64,000 bases of DNA, taken from Octopus sinensis. Lineage: Eukaryota. A model generated the notes under the pieces. That model made no database searches. It was not told the origin of the DNA and saw nothing but the letters and a program-made list of their open reading frames with translations. The stretch's first letter is position 1; each line of letters begins with the position of its first letter. Both the position numbers and the translations under genes were made by a program. Shown here piece by piece: positions 24,060 to 37,325 of the stretch. The stretch covers positions 37,832,464 through 37,896,463 of the forward strand of contig NC_043011.1 in NCBI RefSeq assembly GCF_006345805.1. Reading direction: 5' to 3'.

Positions 24060-24565
24060 TGTTATCGTGCAATGCCTGTGCAAGAAGATATTTTTTTAAG
24101 TGAGGAAAAGCTGTGCACTGAGTCAATCCCACTCACTAAGGCAACAGCAGCCATAATCCGGACAGAAGAACAAGTCAATATCATCGGTAACCACTGAGCC
24201 GCAGATTTTATGTCGGAGTTATCTCAGTTAGCTGAGTTGCCTTCTCCTAAAAGGATGCCCTGACAAAGGCTAGGAGTCCTTCACTCCCAATGGTTTAACT
24301 GCGCGATCGGGTATTCAATCCGATTATTTCTATGTCCCCGTGCATGATACAGCTTTAAGACATTTATTGGATGGCCGTTGACTCTCAGGAGTTCCTCCGC
24401 CCTTTGACGGGTTTTGTTTTCCATCCCGCAGGGTGACCAATAAACACCCTTCTCACCAGCGAGCTTGGTGGGGTTGCGGGTTTAGTCGCTGAAGACCCGA
24501 CCATGCAACAGGTAGTACTGGGTTACATGTTACCAGTAGCACTCGAAAGTGACCTGACATACATA
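24060..24565 (-). mobile_element. Probable 5' UTR of an RTE-clade LINE
   Basis: Minus strand tagcctttgtcagggcatccttttaggagaaggcaactc resembles RTE 5' UTRs as I recall them; no ORF seen. Confidence 0.45.
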
Positions 24566-24654
24566 CATACACACATACATACATACATACATAACTACAC
24601 CTGTCTGTCTGTTTTTGCCTATCAATCACTCACTAAGAAGATGAAATTTTAAAA

Positions 24655-24711
<57 letters not shown>

Positions 24712-24865
24712 CTCTCCCTCTCTCCTTTCCTCTCTTTACACCGTCGCTAGAAGGGGACTTAACTCATATCTGCAAATGGTCGTGTAATTCTCCGACTTGA
24801 AAATTGTTTTTACCGCTATTCGCTTGTGTCTCAGGGGGAAATAATTTAATGAAAATACAGCTATA

Positions 24866-24899
<34 letters not shown>

Positions 24900-24901
<2 letters not shown>

Positions 24902-25748
24902 TAACAATGAAGGGTGAAATTAATTAATTTGGAATAATTATCAATTACACCAAGTAGTCTTCGGCATGTAAAAGCCTCATTCGAGGAAAATTTAAGTAAT
25001 ACTAAGCAATTAAGGGTTTAGCAACGAATTGCCTTACCGCACACCGAATTTAGAAATAGCAGTCAAAGAGATTATAGCTATTTCTTCTACTAAAAGGGAG
25101 ATCACAGTAAAGACACAGCATTTGAAAGGCAAACACAAACAGGTAAGAGAGAATGAATTAACGGCAATCTATCATACAGTTTTAAGTCACCTACGGACGT
25201 ACGTTTCGAGATCAAGTCTTAGGAAAGCATAAGAATTAGATAATTCTACCTTACCCAGACTTCTTCTCTCATCAGCGCAGGATACAAACAATCATGAATG
25301 ATTGAATATTGAATTTTGAGATACTAGAAGGCACCAACTCAACTCAGTATCAGAGCGAGCTAGAAGCCACAGCTAGTATCTCCAAATTCAAAGTATGAAT
25401 GAAAGCTTGTGTCACCAGTCCCTTCCCACCCGCGTGTAGCCAAGACAAAGTGCTGTGGTCATTTACTGGGATGAATATGGTTATGAGTAACAATGAAGGG
25501 TGAAATTAATTAATTTGGAATAATTATCAATTACACCAAGTAGTCTTCGGCATGTAAAAGCCTCATTCGAGGAAAATTTAAGTAATACTAAGCAATTAAG
25601 GGTTTAGCAACGAATTGCCTTACCGCACACCGAATTTAGAAATAGCAGTCAAAGAGATTATAGCTATTTCTTCTACTAAAAGGGAGATCACAGTAAAGAC
25701 ACAGTATTTGAAAGGCAAACACAAACAGGTAAGAGAGAATGAATTAAC
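24900..25748 (-). mobile_element. Non-coding 586-bp unit in partial tandem (1.45 copies) with a hammerhead ribozyme; retrozyme-like or non-autonomous Penelope-type element
   Basis: 24900-25162 repeated at 25486-25748 with 1 mismatch in 263 bp; ribozyme at 25190-25281; abuts (TA)n at its 3' end. Confidence 0.8.
25190..25281 (-). ncRNA. Type I hammerhead ribozyme with extended stem II
   Basis: Minus strand CCUGCG-CUGAUGA-GAGA[long hairpin]UCUC-GAAAC-GUAC-GUC-CGUAGG: stem I 6 bp (one G:U), complete core, palindromic stem III, GUC triplet; predicted cut between 25196 and 25195. Confidence 0.88.
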
Positions 25749-26875
25749 ATTGAATGAATTATTAATTGTTAACAAGGGAAAAATACACATATCTATTTAT
25801 ATACATTCATATGCGTGTGTGTGTGTGTGATTCTGTGTGTTTGTGTCTGTGTACTACGTAATATCTGTGACGATGATATACAGCACTAAGTACACTTGTT
25901 CTCTGAGGAGACACCACAATGGAGTAGTATACTATACAGTACTCTAGCCACTGAAGTGGTTGTTACTCTTGCTGTTGTATATTTAGAACTAACATGCCTA
26001 TCATCGGAAGAATTCTGAACGTCAAATGCTCGTCATTAACGTATATCAAAAGCTGAAGTTATCCTATTGTGTCATTTATTTAAAACATCAGCGTATCATT
26101 GGAGGGACATATGGTTACACTTTCTGCGCAGTTCCAGTAAAAACCTAGCAGGCTCCTTTCCGTTATTCATCTAAAAGGAAGTACATCTTACATCTGACGT
26201 TTATGAAACTGAGTTCTGTTTTGCCCGGATGGTTGGCTGTGATTTACCAGCTTCCTGTTCGACGAAGAGACAGATTTGATTTCTCTCTCTACCTCTCTCT
26301 CTCAATCTCTTTCTTTCCTTCTCACATTCTCTCATTCACTCCCTCACTCACTTTTCCTCACTTCTATGTTATATTTCTGAAATCCAGTGATAAGCAGCAT
26401 TGACTCTGTGGATCTTCATGATTCTGCGAAAAAAGGAAAACAACAACAGCTTTGGAAATTTCTACGAAGGATATGATTGAAATGGCTATTGTTTTTAATA
26501 ACACGTGTCTGCTAGTTTTAAATAATGCACATATCATCACTAGAACAGAAGCTGTCAATTCACAGGAAATTGGTTAGCAGACATCATTTCGTTAATACTA
26601 ACAAAACATTAGAGGAATTTGTTGGAAACCATCAATAACATCGTTCTAAATTTCAAAAATAATGCTGGTTGTGCATTAAAAGTAATGCATTAAAATTATT
26701 GGTGGTGGAAACGTTGGCGGTGGGTGACGTATCGATGTTGCGTTGGTGGTGGTGAGGATGATGGAGATGGTAAGGGTGGTATAGGTGATGATAAGGATGA
26801 TGTTAGTATTGTTTTTTTATGTGTGTATGTCTGTTTGTATATCTATATATATGTGTGTAGAGTATGTGTATATGC

Positions 26876-26911
<36 letters not shown>

Positions 26912-27041
26912 CTATGCGTGAATCAGTGTTTGTTTATGTATTTCCTTGATTTCCAATATTTTAAGCAATTCAGAGATTTTAACATTTGTTCTATAACATT
27001 TCTAACTTGCTTAATGCTGCTTACATGCATGCATACATGCT

Positions 27042-27085
<44 letters not shown>

Positions 27086-28084
27086 ATACATATATACAAT
27101 CCTACATAAACACATACATGAATACATGTAAATGTGCATAAATGAAACACAAATGTATATACTCATATATATGCAGTTGGTTGGGAATTGTGTATAAGGG
27201 AAACTTTAGAAAAAAAGCGGTTATAAATAATTATTGAAAATAAAGGTGATATAAATCAAGTTAACTATAAATCATGAAAGAAGCCGAAACTCGTCTCAAG
27301 TCTGCGTTAGCCTAGTTAGAGTTTACTCAGGGAGATAATTAGTAAGCAGGCAAGAAAGGTGTAAAAAAAATTACAAGCGCCATCTCTTCAAGCGCTCTGA
27401 CGCACGAGAAAAGATGATGAGGACACGTTTCGGACAACGGTTTTCCGTCTTGCACTGGCAGATATTGAATGAAACATTAAGTAGAAAGGTAAAAGGAAGG
27501 AAAGAGAGATAGCTGTTTGCCACGAAGGAGAGATAAAAAGAGTTAGTGAAATATTGAAAATGTTTTTCGAAAAATAGTGAAAGGGGGTTCATGTGAAAAG
27601 TTGCGGAGGTGATGAAATTGTGAGGGAGGTGGTTGAAAGGAAATATAACCAGGTATATAAATATCACCGAGATTTTGTGAATAAGAAGTGAATCTGTTTG
27701 AGATATGTACGAAAGCATGCGTGCATCATGTGTAAAAGTAAGAGCTAAAAGTTAGCTCAAAACTTATTGCATCGAATATCGATAAAGTTTTCGAGAAACA
27801 GCGACTGATTTTTCCAACGCAACTTAAGCCAAAATCCTGTCTTTTACACCAGGAGTCATTGTTTTGGAAGGTAGGGGATGAAATGATTATGCATGATATA
27901 AAGACATATTCCAAGTGCTTGCAAATTCTGTTGCATAAAGAGTACAATGCTATGATTTGAAAGGAAAGCAGAAACATATATCAGACAGGGGTTGGAAATA
28001 TTTAAATGAAAAGAAAAATCCGAGAAATATATTGTAGGTAAATGTTAAAAAGATTTCTAAGGTTTTATAATATATTATATTCTA

Positions 28085-28466
28085 CTCAAGGCCTGAAATA
28101 TTGGGGTAGGGGCCAGTCGATTAGATCGTCCCCAGTACACAACTGGTACTTAATTTATCGACCCCGAAAGATTGAAAGGCAAAATCGACCTCGTCGGAAT
28201 TTGGACTAAGAACATAAAGACAGACGAAATGCAAATTTCTTTACTACCCACAAGGGGCTAGACACAGAGGGGACAAACAAGGACAGAAAAACGGATTAAG
28301 TGGATTATATCGACACCAGTGCGTAACTAGTACTTAATTTATCGACCCCGAAAGGATGAAAGGCAAAGTTGACCTCGGCGGAATCTGAACTCAGAACGTA
28401 ACGGCAGACGAAATACCTCTAAGCATTTCGCCCGGCGTGCTAATGTTTCTGCCAGCTCACCGCCTC
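28085..28466 (-). mobile_element. SINE family A, dimeric
   Basis: Head near 28460, internal tail-body junction near 28230, alternative terminal tail. Confidence 0.9.
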
Positions 28467-28974
28467 AGATTTTAACATATATGTGGATTGCTTATGTACA
28501 GTCCACTGCAGGACATAGGCATCAGTATGATCTCATTACCATGAGATCATAATGGTTGGATGAACCTACTCTGCTACGCTGGTTCGACATGGCTTGAAAG
28601 AAGGCTGCAGCTGTTATACTCTTACTCTATAGTAGGTAAGTCGATTACATCGATACCAGTGTTCAAGTGGTACACCTAAATTATCAAAAGCAAGGCCGTC
28701 CGAGGCGAAATTTGAAATCTGAACGTCAGGACGAACAAAATACCGCTAAACATTTCGTCCGATGTGATAACAACCTCATTTTCAAATAGATGAAGACAGA
28801 AGAGAAGTATAAATTTGAATGTTTAAAATTTTTCATCGAGTTTATCTGTGAATTTTGGGAGCGAATTATATTCTTTATACGTTTACATTTATTCAATATC
28901 TTACTAAAACATATTCTTTCACATACATTCACAAATATTAGCACACTTGTAGTTACCCGTAAAGAGAGAGAGCA

Positions 28975-29037
<63 letters not shown>

Positions 29038-29715
29038 GAGAGAGAGAGAGAGGGAGGTAGGTGAGATATATACCAGTAAGGTAAGATATTGAGAAGTGCA
29101 AATGAGACAGAATATTTAAACATCGTGCCAGGTATTTGACAGCTATGCTAGCGCCCTGAAGTCTCTAAGGAGAATTGAAGTTGTTGTAGTCCAGGTATGC
29201 TATGATAGCCATTCAGTAAATTTGGCTTCAACTCAAAACAATATTCATAAGAACTTGCGCAGTGTTTATATAAACATCATAAATAAAGCGAAATACTGTA
29301 TGATGTAATGTATTGTACGGTGACTTGGCCGAACCGTGAGAGCCTTTTAGTCCATTCTTTACGGTATAGCAACGGATGTTAATGTTCTGTCATGTTTTAA
29401 AGAGTTCGTTTTTCTGTGGTTAATTTTATCAGCACGTACTAGCATTTAGAAATGCTGAAGCATGAAAATATAACTGAGTGTTTCAGGCAGATATTCTTTG
29501 TGTTGCTTGCAAACAATTCCTGTGAATGGTGAGAACCGTAGTTCTACCTAAGAACTAACAGTGCAATACGTCACAGGCCCTGAAATTTGATAGAATACGT
29601 GGTGCATCAATTATCGACGTAAATCGATAGTGACGCACCCGACGTATGTCGAAGGTGGTTTAATGCATACTCTTGTATAATCTCTCTTTCTTTCTCTGTT
29701 TCTCTGCCTCTCCTG

Positions 29716-29791
<76 letters not shown>

Positions 29792-30639
29792 TGTCTATGT
29801 GTGTGTGCGTGTGTGTGTGTGTTTATAAATACTAAACATGGCTTACCGCATTAATAACTATACATGTAAATGCCTCACCACCTCCCTTCCCCATCTCCCC
29901 CTTCATTATATATTACCTCCATATTACACATAAAGCTTTCTGTTACAGCTCTACACTAAACACTTCCGGCAGAAATTATCTAAGAGCTTCCAATTTTGCA
30001 ACAGGTGTCCTCACAGAATGTTTAACCAGTTAGTGCTCACGCCTACAAACAAACACATTCTTGCAAGGAGCTAAGAAAAATAAAGCGCCTTAGAATTTCT
30101 TGCAGACATTTTTTTTTATAAAGTCCAACCTTTGCACATTTTAAGTCCAAGTAAAAACCGTTAGATTCACTTCAACGTTTAAATATTATTTGCCCAGATA
30201 TTTTCGTCGCTTTGAAACCGCGACCTGTTCACTGACAAAATTTCGTGCTGCATCTAATTTTAGTCCAAATAGAATATTATAAGATACTCACGCTTGAAAA
30301 CGACTCGGAAAATTATTTGTGAAATATAGCCTATAAACTTCAGTAACCTAAACATAAAGATCAAAATTTCTAAATAGCGATCAAATGAACAATGATTTCC
30401 AAGTGGTAGATATGCTGGTCAACAATTTTTATACCTTCGTCCTCTTGTGAATATTAATACAATAGTTTAACAAATTTTCCACACTTAACATCATGAAATG
30501 CTTAAGTGATACCTAACAGCCTCCCAGAAAAAACAAATGAGAAACATTAAATAATGCCAACCAAAAAACAAACCGAAACTTACCACCTGCTTATATTCTT
30601 TTCTGAACATTTAAAGAGCCATTAATCATTTTCTACTCT

Positions 30640-31022
30640 AGGCACAAGGCCCGAAATTCTTGGGGAGGAGCCAGTCGATTAGATCAACCCCAGTACGCAA
30701 CTGATACTTAATTTATCGACCCCGAAAGGATGAAAGGCAAAATCGACCTCGGCGAAATCTGAACTCAGAACATAAAGACAGACGAAATACCTATTTCTTT
30801 ACTACCCACAAGGGGCTAAACACAGAGAGGACAAACAAGGACAGACAAACGGGTTGAGTCGATTATATCGACCCCAGTGCGTAACTGGTACTTATTTAAT
30901 CGACCTCGAAAGGATGAAAGGCAAAGTCGGCCACGGCGGAATTTGAACTCTGAACGTAAAGACAGACGAAATGCCGCTAAACATTTCGCCCAGCATGCTA
31001 ACGTTTCTGCTAGCTCGCTGCC
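30640..31022 (-). mobile_element. SINE family A, dimeric
   Basis: Junction gacgaaatacctatttctttactacccacaagggg at about 30781. Confidence 0.9.
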
Positions 31023-31589
31023 TTTAAAGAGCCTTGAATTAAAAGCTGACATACGTAGTAAACATCCCTATTTACAAACGTTTAAATGCAAGACTGAACT
31101 CTTAAATTTACCCATCTCATTAATATCCGAATGAAGCCAACAGTTAAACCACTATCTTTTGAAAGCCTTATATGTCACCTGATGATGATACACTTAAAAT
31201 TATACAAAGTTCTATAATCTCATTACAAAACTCTATATACATGTTTAAATTCCAAACTATAGCAAGCCCCCGAATTTCATTAATAAAAATTCTCCATGTG
31301 ATCTTGCCATCACAACCAGTCATACAAGCTAAATATCATTGAACAAAATTCAGTTTACTCTAGAATGTTGTAACGTTACAGAGAGTATATAAAGTCAAGA
31401 TGAATCGAAACGGGCCATAGTTCCATGTCGGCTTTCAAAACAGAAACTTCTAAGTCACTTGTTAAAGAATAATGAATTTGTTATCCACCGAATTTATTGA
31501 GTAATGCTTGAATTTAATGTAATATTGTTTGTATTATAACATAATACAAATATCAATATATAATTCTACTATATGGCTCAGAAACCTGG

Positions 31590-31835
31590 ACGTTATCAAA
31601 GAAGCTTGAGAGGCGGTTGTAGAGCTGAAAAAGAAGTCATTTCTACTCTTCTCCTCTGGAAGCCATCTACTCGCAATACCAGAGGGCGCGCACTCTCCTA
31701 CCCTGATGTAGGCTCCAGGGATACAGGCATCCAGCAACAGGACCTCCGTATTGCTATGATGGACTGTGAAGTCTGGCGTAACATAGTAAATTCCATTGTC
31801 TCGACCACGATCGAACAATGATGATGAATGATGTG
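31590..31835 (+). mobile_element. 3' end of an RTE-like LINE
   Basis: GGCRAEKEVISTLLLWKP...RGRALSYPD...DLRIAMMDCEVWRNIV is an RTE-type ORF2 C-terminus (AM.DR..WR), followed by a (GAT)n tail. Confidence 0.75.
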
Positions 31836-32760
31836 TGTGTGTCCAGGTCCATGCGTGTTTATGTGTGTATGAATGTACGTACGGTATTGTGTATACTTGT
31901 GTTTCTGTGTATGCTTGCGAGTATATAAATACGTAACCAATTTTCTTTATATGCACTGATAACATATTTATGAGTGTATGATTTAGTTATCTGCACAGAG
32001 ATGTGATAGTGCTTGTCTGTTGTATTGACATGTCTCGGAAAGGCGTTTTGGCTTCGACAAACGTTAAGTTGATGTGTCTCATCTCATCCTCCGTCCTTAG
32101 AACAGTTCAACGTTTTATATTCATTAAAAATGTAGATTTCTGTCTTCGTTGTATACTACGCATCTGTGATGGCTTCCGAAGCAAAAGCAAAATATACATA
32201 CAACGTGTTTAATGCATCGCAGTTTGAGCTTTAAAACATGTACAACAACTAATTCAAACTACAAGCCTTAATGTAAATTATGTATGTTATGTTAGTAAAT
32301 CATGCAGACCAGTGTCATACGGTATGCACATAAACGTCATCGTACAGCTAAGTCTAAGTTTGATTTAAACAGAGAGTGACTAAAAGCTCTCTTCACGGCC
32401 AGGAAAAATGAGCGAGACTTATCTTCTCATGATCGATCAAAGAAATATTGAGTCACCTCAGAACGACCTCTTGCATTGTTCTGTATTCAAAAACAATGAT
32501 AAAGTGTATTTAGAGCTGTCTACATTTTGATGGCAAACGCAGTAATGGAATATCTTGTTAGATTAATTTAAAATTTATCTTCGCACCCTGATTTTCCACT
32601 TTGTTGAACTTCAATATTGTCTTTCTTTCATCTCATCCCCCAGCAATCACTCAGTGCGAAAATTTGTTCATATATTACAAATAAGTTTAGAACAGTGTTT
32701 GATGTAAGAAGTAGTATTTTAATTTAACTATCTAGATGTATTCTTATGCTACGTATATAT

Positions 32761-32806
<46 letters not shown>

Positions 32807-32842
32807 GAAGGTTATTATCATTAACATATAATAATAATAATA

Positions 32843-32887
<45 letters not shown>

Positions 32888-32892
32888 TACTA

Positions 32893-32932
<40 letters not shown>

Positions 32933-32949
32933 GAGCTGGCCCAAAATAC

Positions 32950-33255
32950 CGATTTTCTAACGAGGAGATTGAAAGTATAGACCACCTAATCTCAGGGTGT
33001 AGAGTCTTAGCACCTGAAGAATATAATGCAAGACATGACAGAGTCGGCCAGTATTTACACTGGACAATATTTCGGCATTATAAAATCAAAAAAGGTGACA
33101 AATGGTGTAAACACCATCCTGAAGCTGTGACTGAGTGAGAGAATGTGTCGATTTTCTGGGACTTCTTCGTACATACTGGCAAAATTATAAAAGCTAATAA
33201 ACCGGATATTATTACAAAAGATCAGACAAAAATGTTGTGTTTATTAATTGACATG
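32950..33255 (+). mobile_element. R4/Dong-like LINE fragment (CCHC knuckle plus start of RLE)
   Basis: RFSNEEIESIDHLISGCRVLAPEEYNARHDRVGQYLHW...KWCKHHPEAVTE*ENVSIFWDFFVHTGKIIKANKPDII.KD...CLLIDM; preceded by (TAA)n. Confidence 0.88.
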
Positions 33256-33403
33256 ATATTCATTTATTTATTTATTTATTTATTTATTTTAAATATATAT
33301 ATTATCTGTGAATTTGCGTGTGTAATCTGGGAATGTATACAATGAGCTTCTCTGCCCTAGGTGTACGGAAAACACCCGGCGAGAATGGAAGTAAAAAAAA
33401 CAC

Positions 33404-33459
<56 letters not shown>

Positions 33460-33534
33460 TAGAATTGGACAGTTAGGAAAAGCAAACAAAAGGCAAATAT
33501 ATAAATAATAGTACCATATATATATATATATATT

Positions 33535-33800
33535 CTTTTATTCTTTTACTTATTTCAGCCATTTGACTTTGGCCATTTTGAAGCATGCTTTAGAGGGTTT
33601 CTTAATCGAAGAAGTCGTCTCCAGGGCTAAGACTTTGTGAGCCTAGTACTTACTCTATCCGTCTCTTTTGGAAAACCACTAGCTTACGGGGACGTAAACA
33701 CACCAGCATCGGTTGTCAAGCGCATGCATGTATGTATGTGTGTATAAATGTGACGGAGGACTTTCAGTTTCCGCCAAACAAATCCGCTCATAAGGCGATG
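33535..33800 (-). mobile_element. SINE family B, diverged
   Basis: gcttacggggacgtaaacacaccagcatcggttgtcaagcg and ctttcagtttccgcc...aaatcc. Confidence 0.75.
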
Positions 33801-33825
33801 TATATGTATGTATGTATATATATAC

Positions 33826-33894
<69 letters not shown>

Positions 33895-33977
33895 ATATAT
33901 GTATGTATGTATGTATATATATATGTATGTATATATATATGTATAAATATATATATATATGTATGTATATATATATG

Positions 33978-34036
<59 letters not shown>

Positions 34037-34094
34037 TGTATGTATGTATATGCATATATGTATCTATATACATATTTATATATATTTATATATA

Positions 34095-34215
34095 AGCGCA
34101 GGAGTGGCTGTGTGGTAAGTAACTTGTTTGCCAACCACATAGTGCCAGGTTCAGCCTCAATCCGACCAAAGCCTTGTGAGTGGATTCGGTAGGCGGAAAC
34201 TCAAAGAAGCTTGTC

Positions 34216-34220
<5 letters not shown>
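34095..34220 (+). mobile_element. SINE family B 5' half
   Basis: gcgcaggagtggctgtgtggtaagt...ggttcag...gcggaaactcaaagaagc. Confidence 0.8.
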
Positions 34221-34247
<27 letters not shown>

Positions 34248-34378
34248 CACGTGATCACGTGACCAACCAGACCATCAGATGTTGCTACACATCGCTGTTC
34301 ACAATGCGTTCGCATTGTTTTAGCCTTCGAGCGACGCCACCCTGCTGGCTAAGCGAGCAGGCCATATATATATATATA

Positions 34379-34415
<37 letters not shown>

Positions 34416-34529
34416 AAATTCATAAATGAGGGTGAAAAAATTAGATATTAATTTAATAATACCGTGAGTTTATACCAGAATAAGGAGCTATTTCTAGCAC
34501 TAGAGTTAGCCACTTAACGATAATTCTCT

Positions 34530-34586
<57 letters not shown>

Positions 34587-35357
34587 CTGTTATGTTTTTG
34601 CCTGCCGCTCATTACGTAACACAAATTACGATGTTCAATCCTTAATACTCGTACGTAGCATGAAACTCCGAGTTGCCTGAAGTGAATTATCGGCAACGAA
34701 ACAATAAAATAAAGTTCACTACATCTATGAAACAGTTGATTTCTGTTGATTTACCAAAACATATACATATGTCACAATAAGTTGGAAAACATTTCAAAAA
34801 CGAGGATAGCAATAACTGACATACCTTAAACTCTGCAGTATTCCAGTATGTCTTTTCTTGTAAATACAATACGCCTTTGATCCTAGTAAAACCAGCTATT
34901 AATCCTAGCAAATCTAGCAACTACATAAGAAGCTCCGTGTCATGAGTTTTGTTATTTATTTTATAGGAGGGAAAGAAAAGTAAATCAGTAGAAAGATTTG
35001 AACACCCGGTCTAGATATGTAAAATCTACAGGTATGAACTTCCGGCCTCCCTATTTGACCAGCTAAAGAATTGTTGGAATAAAGTTGAATGGCGCTCCTA
35101 CATGCTGCAAAACAATATTCCCTCAAGTTTACTCAAATACTTAGCATCTGTCAGAAGCTACTTAGATGAAATTTAAATAATAGTGTGAACTGAATCAACC
35201 AAACATCCACCGACCACCCACATAGACATGCACACCATATACAGACACTCAAAAACACACACGCACATACGCATGTGTGTGTATGTGTGTGTATGTGTGT
35301 GTATGTATGTATATATATATGTGTGTGTATGTGTGTGTATGTATGTATATATATATA

Positions 35358-35417
<60 letters not shown>

Positions 35418-35749
35418 ATGTATATATATATATATATGTATATATATTATATTATATATATTATATATATAATATATATATACATGTACATATGTACATA
35501 TATGTATATATGTATACGTACAATTATCTCTCCCTTTATGCATGTCAGAAAATTATAACTAGTGCATGTAAATATATCCATGTGTACACACACACATACG
35601 TACACGCACACGCACATAGATATATGAGGGAAAATTAGTATAGGTAGAAATACCTTAAATGATACCGTTAATGCTCTGGGTTGTTCTCGTGACTCCTTAA
35701 TAATCATATTCACAAACGGGTATCTAGCAGCGAAGGACGAATCAAGCAA

Positions 35750-36335
<586 letters not shown>

Positions 36336-37034
36336 GAATAATGAGAGAATGGTGGATGGATGATTAAGGGGATGGATTGATTGTACGTCACGGGTTAAGG
36401 AAAGGAAATGTTCCTAGATCATGTGAAAGTGATATAAATCAAGCTAAATTTCAAATTGGGAAAGTCGAAGAATTCCATGACAAATGAAACTATTCAATGC
36501 GTATTGTTCACTAGAAATTCAGACATAGGAATAAACACAGAAAGTCTACGAGCACACATGCAATTCTACTTATTTTTATCCACACATGCAATCGATTCGT
36601 ATTATTTGCGTGTGTGTGTTTGTGTGGGTGTGTGAGTGCATGCATTGTGTGCACGCAGGTGTGTGTATATATGCGACGTGCGTGTGTGGGGGTGAATTTG
36701 TTTAAGTGTTAAGGTTTGCGTGCGATGAACCCAAGAGTGGTAATATCTAAAGGATCTCTTGTTTTCGGGACATGTTTTTATTTGGGAAATTGAACATTGG
36801 TACATAGGCACATGTAGGGCACAGGGGATAGGAAGTTCGATCGTAATCGTATTACTCCACGTTCGAATGCAAACCGAGTCAAATTCATCACATGTCATGG
36901 ATTGGAGGAGTGCTAACAATCAGATGGCCAAAAATCAGAAAAATTATCCTTGCAAAATTTTATGCACTTTCTTCGCATGTGCACCAAGCTAGTGGTAACT
37001 AGCTTTAACATCATAGAGCTAAAGATGGTATGTA

Positions 37035-37325
37035 GCTTTCTAAAGAACCACATGCTTCCGGGTTCAGTCCCGGACAGACCAAAGACTTGTGAGTAGATTT
37101 GGTAGATGGAAACTGAAAGAAGCCCGTCGTATATATGTATATGTATATATGTATGTGTGTGTATGTTTGTGTGTCTGTGTTTGTCTCCCCAACATCGCCT
37201 GACAACCGATGCTAGTGTGTTTACGTCCCCCGTAACTTAGCGGTTCGGCAAAAGTCCTGAGGTCGATTTTCTCGACTAAAGGCGGTGCTCCAGCATGGAC
37301 ACAGTCAAATGACTGAAACAAGTAA
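37035..37325 (+). mobile_element. SINE family B with internal deletions
   Basis: ccgggttcagtccc...gatttggtagatggaaactgaaagaagccc...aaatgactgaaacaagtaaaag. Confidence 0.8.

Noticed and set aside
24945-24995. Second hammerhead-like motif in the 586-bp unit (CGAAUGA-GGC...GCC-GAAG on minus; repeated at +586)
   Set aside because: Two core substitutions and no convincing stems I or III; at most a relic.
27370-27990. Purine-rich, coding-like stretch, possibly a very old LINE or transposase
   Set aside because: Only scattered Cys pairs are visible; no family can be assigned by eye.
28526-28551. Perfect 11-bp hairpin tatgatctcat-tacc-atgagatcata
   Set aside because: Isolated, AT-rich, and expected occasionally by chance; no associated feature.
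29135-29200. Possible 52-nt plus-strand exon ending CAG|GTATGC
   Set aside because: The acceptor lacks a polypyrimidine tract, and the length is not frame-preserving.
30190-30245. GTCGC/GCGAC hairpin followed by GAAA on the minus strand
   Set aside because: No CUGANGA core in register.
34655-34730. gttgcc/ggcaac hairpin followed by gaaac
   Set aside because: The upstream core and stem I do not match a hammerhead.
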